From: Deltaproteobacteria bacterium
GTDB taxonomy: Bacteria > Myxococcota_A > UBA9160 > SMWR01
DNA length: 17,253 nt
Assembly (NCBI GenBank): GCA_032128375.1
Contig: JAQBGU010000172.1
Location: 1-17,253 of the forward strand
Direction of reading: 5' to 3'
The position numbers were made by a program, and so were the translations under genes. The notes below the pieces were generated by a model that did not search any database, was not told where the DNA came from, and was given only the letters and a program-made list of their open reading frames with translations. Of the stretch, positions 8,983-16,115 are shown one piece after another (positions within the stretch are counted from its first letter, which is position 1; each line of letters begins with the position of its first letter).

Positions 8983-9024
8983 CCCAAAGCGACTCTACTC
9001 TGGCCCAAAGCGACTCTACTCTGG
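8983..9024. repeat. Perfect 21-bp tandem duplication
   Basis: cccaaagcgactctactctgg at 8983-9003 and again at 9004-9024. Confidence 0.95.
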
Positions 9025-9076
9025 ATAGCTCGTACGTTCAGCCGCGCCGTTCATCGCAAGTGCTACGGTGCCGACA

Positions 9077-9835
9077 ATGGCCCGAAAAATGCCGCGCAAT
9101 CGCCGGCCTCGCAGCTGGTTGCGCCGCACCGCTGCCATCGCGCTGATCATCAGCCTTGCCGCAGTCGCATGCACGGCGGCCCCGATCGCGCTGATGCGCG
9201 TCGTAGACCCGTTGACCAGCGCGTTCATGATCGAAAGTCACTTTGCAGACCCGGCAAGCGGAAAACCCTGTGACGGCGTGGAATACCAGTGGGTCGATCT
9301 CGATGCGATGTCGGCGCATTTGCCGTTGGCGATCCTGGTCGCTGAAGACCAACGCTTCTTCCAGCATGCGGGATTCGACTTCGACGAGATCACGAGCGCG
9401 CTGGCAGATCGGATCGAAGGCGGGCGGCTGCGCGGTGCCAGCACGCTGTCGCAACAGGTCGCGAAGAATCTTTTCCTGTGGCCCGGTCGCAGCCTCGCGC
9501 GCAAAGCGCTCGAAGCCTGGTTCACCAGCTGGCTCGAATGGCTGTGGCCCAAGCGGCGCATACTAGAGGTGCATTTGAATATCGCACAATTCGGCCCATG
9601 CGTTTTTGGCGCAGAAGCCGCCAGCTTCCGCTACTTCGCGACCGATGCCGCATCTCTGTTCGCGAGCCAAGCGGCGCTGCTGGCTGCGGTGCTCCCGAAC
9701 CCGAGCCAGATCAGAGCGTACGATCCCGGCCCTTATGCCCGGAAACGTCAACACGAAATCCTGAAATTGATGACCCAGCACCAGACACGCGTGCTTGGCA
9801 CTCTCGTGCGTCAGCTCCGCCAGTCGAGACACTGA
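9077..9835 (+). CDS. mtgA: Monofunctional biosynthetic peptidoglycan transglycosylase (GT51)
   Basis: N-terminal TM; EDQRFFQHAGFD, RGASTLSQQVAKNLFLW, RKALE, KRRILEVHLN, AALLAAVLPNP; no transpeptidase domain. Start is ATG 9077 (alternatives 9068, 9089). Confidence 0.93.
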   Translation: MARKMPRNRRPRSWLRRTAAIALIISLAAVACTAAPIALMRVVDPLTSAFMIESHFADPASGKPCDGVEYQWVDLDAMSAHLPLAILVAEDQRFFQHAGFDFDEITSALADRIEGGRLRGASTLSQQVAKNLFLWPGRSLARKALEAWFTSWLEWLWPKRRILEVHLNIAQFGPCVFGAEAASFRYFATDAASLFASQAALLAAVLPNPSQIRAYDPGPYARKRQHEILKLMTQHQTRVLGTLVRQLRQSRH

Positions 9836-9853
9836 AAGCGGGGCATCGCATGA

Positions 9854-10046
9854 TCAGAAACGAATCGGAAACGAAGCAAATCCCTGCACGAAGTCGGTCA
9901 CCAACCGTTCGGCGCTCCTCGATGTGATAGCAGGGTGCTGCTTCGCGGAGCTTCGCGTAAACCGGAAGCGGATCCCGCATGACCTCCTGCGAGAAGGGGT
10001 TGTAGGAGAGAGACTCCTGGGGGGACCCGCACTGGCTGGGGGTCAT
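9854..10046 (-). pseudogene. Cytochrome P450 remnant with a large internal deletion
   Basis: From ATG 10046: ...YNPFSQEVMRDPLPVYAKLREAAPCYHIEE, a bacterial P450 N-terminus. It joins out of frame at ~9914 to AERLVTDFVQGFASFPIRF-TGA (9854-9856), a P450 C-terminal strand. I-helix, ExxR and heme-Cys regions are missing. Confidence 0.8.
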
Positions 10047-10057
10047 GGTGATTAAGA

Positions 10058-10076
10058 ACGAGACGTATAGTATCGT
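10058..10076. promoter_or_regulatory. Putative TetR operator palindrome ACGAnAC-N5-GTnTCGT
   Basis: acgagacgtatagtatcgt, in an AT-rich patch 11 nt upstream of the P450 remnant ATG and divergent from tetR. It overlaps -10-like hexamers (TACGAT/TACTAT on the - strand). Confidence 0.65.
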
Positions 10077-10221
10077 AATAGGCACAGATCAAGAATCCGC
10101 CCCCGGGGCGCAAGATCCGCACAATGAGCCCACTTCTGGCGTTGTGATGAGGCCCGGCGGGCGGTTCTCGCCCCGAAGCTCGAACAAGGCGGTCGCTGAC
10201 CCCGCCCAGCGAGGAGCCCGC

Positions 10222-10269
10222 ATGCCACTTCTCAACCCGAGTCGCTCGAACGCCGGCGGCGCTCGGTGA
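10222..10269 (+). other. 15-codon upstream ORF (MPLLNPSRSNAGGAR) overlapping the tetR start
   Basis: SD GAGGAG at 10211-10216, ATG 10222; stop TGA 10267-10269 overlaps the tetR GTG (GTGA). Confidence 0.4.
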
Positions 10270-10859
10270 GCAACAACGACACAAACGGCACGAGCGCCGG
10301 TCGTCCCCGCAGCGAAGAGGCCCACAAGTCGATTCTGAATGCGACGCTCGAAATGCTGGGCGAGGTCGGGTTTTCGGCGTTGACGGTCGAGGGCGTAGCT
10401 ACACGCGCGCGTGTGGGGAAGGCGACGATCTATCGGCGCTGGCCGTCGAAGTTGCCGCTGGTCGTCGAGGCATTCGGGCAGTTGCCCGGGCTCGAGGAAG
10501 TCGATACCGGAAATCTCGCCGAGGACCTGACCCAGATGCTGCGAAACTACCTGCAGATCTTCTACTCGACCCCGCTGGCCACCGTTCTGCCGAGCCTGGC
10601 GGGCGAGCGCGCCCACAACCCGGAGTTGTCGGAGTTGTTCGACCCGGTGTTTGCCGGGCGCAGGCAACCCTTGATTCGAGCCCTCGAGCGGGGCGTATCG
10701 CGGGGGGAGTTGGACGCGGACCTCGATCTGGAATTGGCAGCGGATCTGATCGTGGGTCCCATCGCCGTGACACTGTTTTTCAAAGGCGGACGAGTCACTC
10801 CGAAGATGGTGGGACCGGTGGTGGAACTGGCGCTACGAGGAATCGCTCCGGGTTCCTGA
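10266..10859 (+). CDS. TetR/AcrR family transcriptional regulator (TetR_C_11-like C-terminus)
   Basis: GRPRS...IL.AT.E.L.EVGFSALTVEGVA.RA.VGKATIYRRWPSK HTH; DTGNLAEDL and RGV.RGEL..D.D in the C-terminal domain. Confidence 0.95.
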   Translation: MSNNDTNGTSAGRPRSEEAHKSILNATLEMLGEVGFSALTVEGVATRARVGKATIYRRWPSKLPLVVEAFGQLPGLEEVDTGNLAEDLTQMLRNYLQIFYSTPLATVLPSLAGERAHNPELSELFDPVFAGRRQPLIRALERGVSRGELDADLDLELAADLIVGPIAVTLFFKGGRVTPKMVGPVVELALRGIAPGS

Positions 10860-10882
10860 CCGCGAAGACGACGACGCTAGCG

Positions 10883-10960
10883 TGGGCGATCGCGAACTGG
10901 CTCGCCCAACTCGCCGCCCCTTTCGCAAACCCGCTTTTCGCAAGCTCGCTTCCAAACCCG
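10883..10960. repeat. Hairpin plus degenerate 15-bp tandem repeat between convergent genes
   Basis: Stem tgggcga (10883-10889) / tcgccca (10902-10908). Units cctttcgcaaacccg (10919-10933), cttttcgcaagctcg (10934-10948), cttccaaacccg (10949-10960). Confidence 0.45.
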
Positions 10961-10983
10961 CAGCGTGAGCCGCTCGCGCAGAC

Positions 10984-13143
10984 TCAATCGCGCAGCGGCC
11001 GACGCGCGTTCCACCACAGCAAGCCGATCAGCCCGCCGATACTGAGCACCGAACCGACGACTCCCGTCGCGAAGCCGGGGGTGGCATATTGCCATTGGAT
11101 CTCGTGTTCGCCAGGTCCGATCGCCACCGCCATCGCGAAGCTATCTGCGCGCAATACAGGTACCGGCCGCCCATCGAGCGACGCCGTCCACCCCGGATCC
11201 CAGCTCTCGACGATGCGGACGAAGCCCGTGCGGGGCGTGGACGCTCGAATCACGATGCTGTCGGGTGACGGGCGCGAGTACTCGATCGATGGCTCGATTG
11301 TGTGCGATTCGCCAGCGGCTTGACTGCCCGCAGGCGTGTCGCGAGGTGGGTCGGCTGAGAGCATCAAGCCTGCGCCCAGGTCGAATCCATCCGCTGCCAG
11401 CCGTTCGAGCATCGCAGCCTCGTCGAGGAAAGTGACCTGTTCTTCGTCGAAAAACGCCACACGGGCGACAGGGTTCGGAACGACGTAGACCGAATACTGC
11501 TCGCGACCGTAAAGCGGCAAATCGTTGCGCTGTCGGGGGGTGACAACAAAGCGCACGCCCAGGTTCGCGAGCGCTGCCGCGGGTAGCCCCGAACCGCGCA
11601 AGTCTTGCACGTTGGTATCGGGCGGCTTCCCCGCCAGTGCGAGCAACGCCCGGTATGGACGCGCCAAGATGATGGAGTCAAAGAATCCGACGTCATCGAA
11701 GCGCCGGTTGAAATCGAGCGACAGGTTGTAATCGACCGCGATTCTCGCGGAGCCCAGCTGCTCCTCGATGATCGGAAGCGCGGCCGGCATGCTGCGCAGC
11801 GTTCGCGTGCGCGCATACACAAACGGCCGATCGTGGACGAACAGGTCGACTCCGTGGATCGCCGCGACGACGAACGCAAGCGCAACGGAAGCGGTGTGAT
11901 TGCGCGGCCAGTTCGAGTGCAGCAGGGCCTGAACGCCTGCACCCATCGCAATACACAGCGAAAAAGTCGTCAGATACAACCCACGCGAAGGGCTGCGCAG
12001 ATACGTCCCGGGTATCCAGTCGCCCAGGCTCGCGAAGATGGGAAGCGCGAACAGCAGCGATCCTGCACCCAACAGCGCGAGAAAGAGCGCACGACGATCC
12101 ATCGCACGGCGTGCGCGCAGCCACAGTAGCGACAAGATCACCACCATCAGCCACGGAGCCACGCCGACGTAAGCAAACGTATCCCAGAAATAGCCGGTGC
12201 TCGGAAACCCCATGAAAGGCTCGACCGGGCTTCGGTGTACGGCCGAAGGCCAACCGTCGATCCACGGCGCCAGCAAGGAAGCGAGCCTCTCGTAGGGAAA
12301 CGCCAGATCGTTGCTCGCCGCACCCAGCGCCAATGTCCGGGTGCTCCGACCGAGCAATTCCAACATCGGCCACCAGACGACTAACGTCGCCGCACCACCA
12401 AGCGCCATAGCGGCGATCGGACGCAGCCAATGGCGCCGCGCTGGCGGCTCACCCGCTGTTGCGCCTGTGTCATTGCCCATCCAAAACAGGTATGCGAGCG
12501 TCGTCGCCACCGCATAGGCGGGCAACTGCGGGTGGCCGGCCAGCACCGTACCGGCCGTCCCGACCGCCAGCGCGAAAAGTTCGGGCGATCGATTCCCATG
12601 GCGCAGCGAGCGCTCCGCCAACCACAACAGCATCGGAAGTGTTGGGTACGCCTCGAGCAGCGGAAGGTGCCCGACCGTGACCCGCGCTGCATAGAACCCC
12701 GCACACGCAAATGTCCATCCAGCCACTGCGGACGCGGCAGCGTGCCATCCGATGGCCCGGCCGTACAGGTAGGTGAACGTCGCCGCCAGTAACGCCGCCA
12801 GGTTGACGCCGACGGTGTAGGAGAACACGGGGTCGATCGTCAGAATCAACAAGCGAGTCGGTATCCACGGAAAGTTCTGAAGATTCGACCAGAACGGCGT
12901 CCCCAACAGTTCGCGCGGATACCAGCCCGGAAGCGATCCGGACGACCAGATTTCGCGGGCGAATTCCATCCGCCTCGAGTGAAGTGCCCAGAAATCCATT
13001 CCGTGCAAGGCGGTGTCAGCGTCCCAAAGTGAAGCCGGGAAGTACACGGCGAGTACGCCGCACGACATGGCGATAAATGCCGCCACCGACACCAGCCGGC
13101 TGTTCGGGGTCGCAACCGAATCGCGCGGCGCGGACTCAGTCAT
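10984..13143 (-). CDS. YfhO-like polytopic membrane protein (putative GT-C glycosyltransferase)
   Basis: Many hydrophobic segments; N-terminal MDF...LPGWYP..LLGTPF.SNLQ, LAGHPQ, YVG, R.PSR; C-terminal ESWDPGWTASLDG.PVPV.RAD....AV.I.PGEHEI...Y followed by a final TM. Confidence 0.8.
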   Translation of the reverse strand: MTESAPRDSVATPNSRLVSVAAFIAMSCGVLAVYFPASLWDADTALHGMDFWALHSRRMEFAREIWSSGSLPGWYPRELLGTPFWSNLQNFPWIPTRLLILTIDPVFSYTVGVNLAALLAATFTYLYGRAIGWHAAASAVAGWTFACAGFYAARVTVGHLPLLEAYPTLPMLLWLAERSLRHGNRSPELFALAVGTAGTVLAGHPQLPAYAVATTLAYLFWMGNDTGATAGEPPARRHWLRPIAAMALGGAATLVVWWPMLELLGRSTRTLALGAASNDLAFPYERLASLLAPWIDGWPSAVHRSPVEPFMGFPSTGYFWDTFAYVGVAPWLMVVILSLLWLRARRAMDRRALFLALLGAGSLLFALPIFASLGDWIPGTYLRSPSRGLYLTTFSLCIAMGAGVQALLHSNWPRNHTASVALAFVVAAIHGVDLFVHDRPFVYARTRTLRSMPAALPIIEEQLGSARIAVDYNLSLDFNRRFDDVGFFDSIILARPYRALLALAGKPPDTNVQDLRGSGLPAAALANLGVRFVVTPRQRNDLPLYGREQYSVYVVPNPVARVAFFDEEQVTFLDEAAMLERLAADGFDLGAGLMLSADPPRDTPAGSQAAGESHTIEPSIEYSRPSPDSIVIRASTPRTGFVRIVESWDPGWTASLDGRPVPVLRADSFAMAVAIGPGEHEIQWQYATPGFATGVVGSVLSIGGLIGLLWWNARRPLRD

Positions 13144-13158
13144 CGCTGCCGGTCCGGT

Positions 13159-15141
13159 TCATTCGCCAGCGGGCCGCGCGTTGTGCAGCGCTCGTGCCAG
13201 GTTCATCTTCGCAGTGTCGAACTGTGGGTCGGCACGCAACGCATCCCGGTAGGCCGCGATCGCCTGATCGAGTTCGCCGCGCTCGGCAAACAACTCACCG
13301 AGGTGGTTGTGGGACTGGGCATCGTCGGGTCGCACGGCCACCGCTCGTCGGTAGATCAGAATCGCGTCGTCGGTCCTTCCGACCGCGACCAGTGACTCGC
13401 CGAGTTTTCTCCACGCTTCTGGCTGCTTCGAACCAGCCTGGATCGCGTTCAGGTAGGACTCGACCGCGGCTTCGGTGTCTCCTCGTGCTCGCAGCGCATC
13501 GCCCAATGTGATGCGCGCGTTGCTGCGCAGGGGTTCGATCGCGATGGCCTTTTCGAGAGAAGAGATCGCCGCATCGATCCGCCCTTGATCGAGTAGCGTT
13601 GCACCGAGGTTGTTGTGGGTGCTCGCATTATCTGGTTCGCGCGCCAGCACGGACTCGTACATCTCGACAGCGGCTTCCAGTCTGCCGACGGATTTCAGAG
13701 AGTTCGCGAGGTTGATCCGCACGTTGACCGCCTCGGGGTCCGTCTCGAGTGCGATCTGGTAGTGGCGAATCGCGATGTCGTGCAGCTCGCGGGCTCGATA
13801 TTCGTTGGCCAGGTTGTATCGGATCTTCGGGTTCCGCGGGATCACTTCCAGCACGCGTTCGAACAGCGAGATGCTGTTTTGCCAATACTGGGTTTGTCGA
13901 TGCGCGGCCACGCCGAACGCCAACAGGCCAGCCCCTACGGCGGCGCTGATGGCTGCGATCGATCGGGCGCTTCCACTGATGCGGATGCGCGCGAATCGCT
14001 CGGCACCGGCCCACACGATTGCGATGAAAATGCCGATCGCCGGAACGTACGCATAGCGGTCTGCAAGCGCCTGGTTACCGACCTGCACGATGCCGATCGT
14101 CGGCACCAACGTCCCGACGAACCACAGCCAACCCACAGTCAGGTAACGACGCCTGGTTGCGAAAACCGACAGCGCGATCAAGAGTGCGGCTGAGCAGACG
14201 ATCTGCCAGTTCTCGAGCCCCATGCCACCTGCCGCCGGAGCATACGGGTGCGGGTAGTGGATCGTCAGATCGCTCGGCCAGACGAGTTTGCCGAGATATC
14301 GCGCGTAGGCGACCGTCGCGTTTGCGAGTCGCTCTGGCCACTCGATCGCCTGGCTCGCGCGAAGGGTCGAGCGTTGCACGTAGATCGTCATCCAACTCGA
14401 CGCGACACAGAGGGTCAGCAGCGGCAGCTTCTCCAGCACCAGCAATCCGATCGACCTCGGCGCGCACGCAGGCGTGGCGCAACTTTCGTCTTGTGTCCCC
14501 CACGCGATGCGACGCAGCGGCCAGTAGTCGAGCAACAAGAAGACCAGCGGGAGCGTCACCAGCATCGGCTTCGACAGCAAACCCGCGGCCAGCAGCAGTG
14601 CGGTAGCCGAGTAGCGAAGTGCGCCAGCGTGGCGTGCATACGCGCAATAGCTCCCCATGGACAGGATCCAGAACGTCGTGCTCAACACGTTCTTGCGCTC
14701 GGCGACCCAGGCCACCGACTCGACGTTCAGCGGGTGAACGGCGAATAGCGCCGCGACGATCGCACTCGGAACCCGCGCGCCGGTCATGTACACAAGCACG
14801 AAAAACAGCAGTAGCGAATTCACTGCATGGAGTGCGGCGCTGCTGAAATGATGACCGCCGTAGGCCGCTCCAAACAGGCTGCGGTCGGCCATGTGCGACA
14901 TCAACGTCAGCGGGAAGTAGTTCGACGCAAAGGGTCCGGAGAACGCCCACCGCACGCCTTCGACGCTCAACCCCTCGTTCAGGTGGGCGCTGCCCGATAC
15001 GTATTTCCCGTCGTCGAATCGAACCAGTTCGAACTGGGCAGTCTGCGCGTAGATGGCGGCTACCGCCGTGACGAGAACGCATCCGATGAGCGGATTCCAT
15101 CGAATTCGTCCGCTCGATCCTCTAAAAGGTATCGCCCGCAC
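13159..15141 (-). CDS. TMTC-like membrane protein with C-terminal TPR repeats (putative protein O-mannosyl/glycosyltransferase)
   Basis: FDD..Y in the first loop, Y.PL...SH..D, FAVHPLNVESVAWVAERK, LSKPMLVTLP, EKLP, ADRYAYVP, YWQNSISLF, then about 6-7 TPR units. Confidence 0.85.
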   Translation of the reverse strand: MRAIPFRGSSGRIRWNPLIGCVLVTAVAAIYAQTAQFELVRFDDGKYVSGSAHLNEGLSVEGVRWAFSGPFASNYFPLTLMSHMADRSLFGAAYGGHHFSSAALHAVNSLLLFFVLVYMTGARVPSAIVAALFAVHPLNVESVAWVAERKNVLSTTFWILSMGSYCAYARHAGALRYSATALLLAAGLLSKPMLVTLPLVFLLLDYWPLRRIAWGTQDESCATPACAPRSIGLLVLEKLPLLTLCVASSWMTIYVQRSTLRASQAIEWPERLANATVAYARYLGKLVWPSDLTIHYPHPYAPAAGGMGLENWQIVCSAALLIALSVFATRRRYLTVGWLWFVGTLVPTIGIVQVGNQALADRYAYVPAIGIFIAIVWAGAERFARIRISGSARSIAAISAAVGAGLLAFGVAAHRQTQYWQNSISLFERVLEVIPRNPKIRYNLANEYRARELHDIAIRHYQIALETDPEAVNVRINLANSLKSVGRLEAAVEMYESVLAREPDNASTHNNLGATLLDQGRIDAAISSLEKAIAIEPLRSNARITLGDALRARGDTEAAVESYLNAIQAGSKQPEAWRKLGESLVAVGRTDDAILIYRRAVAVRPDDAQSHNHLGELFAERGELDQAIAAYRDALRADPQFDTAKMNLARALHNARPAGE

Positions 15142-15236
15142 GCGCGGAGTCTAGGCGCCCCGCGAAGCGCTTGCCGGAGCCCGCGGCTGGTCTCCGATAC
15201 CATTGCGGGCACCTCGATTGCGAAATTGGAGAACCG

Positions 15237-15704
15237 ATGCATCGACTCGCCTCGAAGGGAGCCATCGCCATCTCACTGCTGAGCCTCGTCGGCGCGCTGC
15301 CAGCCCGCGCCCAACCGCCTGCAGTTTTCGACGCTCTGCTCTCAGGCCAGCGCACGACCAGCCCGTTCGAGGAATTGATGGAGCGAGCCCCGCTGGCCCC
15401 CGATCAGGCCTTCCGCGTCGTCGAACTCGGTCGGGATCAGCATACGAGCCACCACGTGGTATCGATTCGCGACCGCGAAGTTCCCCACCGGCACGATCGT
15501 CACGACCTGATGGTCGTGATGCTGCGCGGCAGCGGAACGATGCTGCAGGGCACCGAAGAGCGCGCGGTCGGCGTCGGATCGATCCTGTACATCCCGCGCG
15601 GAACCTCGCACGCGTTCCGAAACGCCGGCGACGAACCGGCTATCGCCTACGCGGTGTACAGCCCGGCGTTCGATGCCGAAGACAGGATCATCACCGAACC
15701 CTGA
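15237..15704 (+). CDS. Secreted cupin domain protein
   Basis: SD GGAG at 15228-15231, ATG 15237; signal peptide MHRLASKGAIAISLLSLVGALPARA; cupin motifs PHRHDRHD....LRGSG and GSILYIPRGTSHAFRN. Confidence 0.85.
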   Translation: MHRLASKGAIAISLLSLVGALPARAQPPAVFDALLSGQRTTSPFEELMERAPLAPDQAFRVVELGRDQHTSHHVVSIRDREVPHRHDRHDLMVVMLRGSGTMLQGTEERAVGVGSILYIPRGTSHAFRNAGDEPAIAYAVYSPAFDAEDRIITEP

Positions 15705-15731
15705 GCGGTGGCGATCACCACGACAGCGCGA

Positions 15732-15990
15732 TCATTCGAGCTTCCTCGCATATACGATGTTGCTCAGGTCGTTCCAGCTCCGTATTTCGAATCGGAACAA
15801 TCGGTCAGACAAGCGGAGACTCTCCATGATGCGCGGATCTGCATTTGTTACCAGCTCGCTGGTTGCCGCTCGATGCGTCGCGGCCGCGGCGGCTCGCCAC
15901 CTGAACGGCTTCTCGCTCGAACAGGCGTCTATATATCCGGCGGAGGATATTCGGCGCGGTGGGCCGCCACGAGATGGCCGAGCTCTCAAA
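15732..15990 (-). pseudogene. Possible 3' remnant of an unidentified gene
   Basis: Protein-like tail DPRIMESLRLSDRLFRFEIRSWNDLSNIVYARKLE-TGA; an adjacent frame gives the amphipathic PNILRRIYRRLF. No convincing start; composition appears less GC-rich than neighbouring genes. Confidence 0.25.
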
Positions 15991-16115
15991 CGCGATTCTC
16001 TCGCCAACCCACGGCGACGCGACCGCCGGGAAGAGCATTTTGCTCTAGCCAATCCGCCGTATCTGAACGAAGCTCATTGGCCTGCTTGGGCGGCAGACCA
16101 CCCGGGAGTCCGATC

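Noticed and set aside
9711..10085. 124-aa minus-strand ORF as a real gene
   Set aside because: It is the P450 N-terminal fragment reading out of frame past the deletion and into mtgA.
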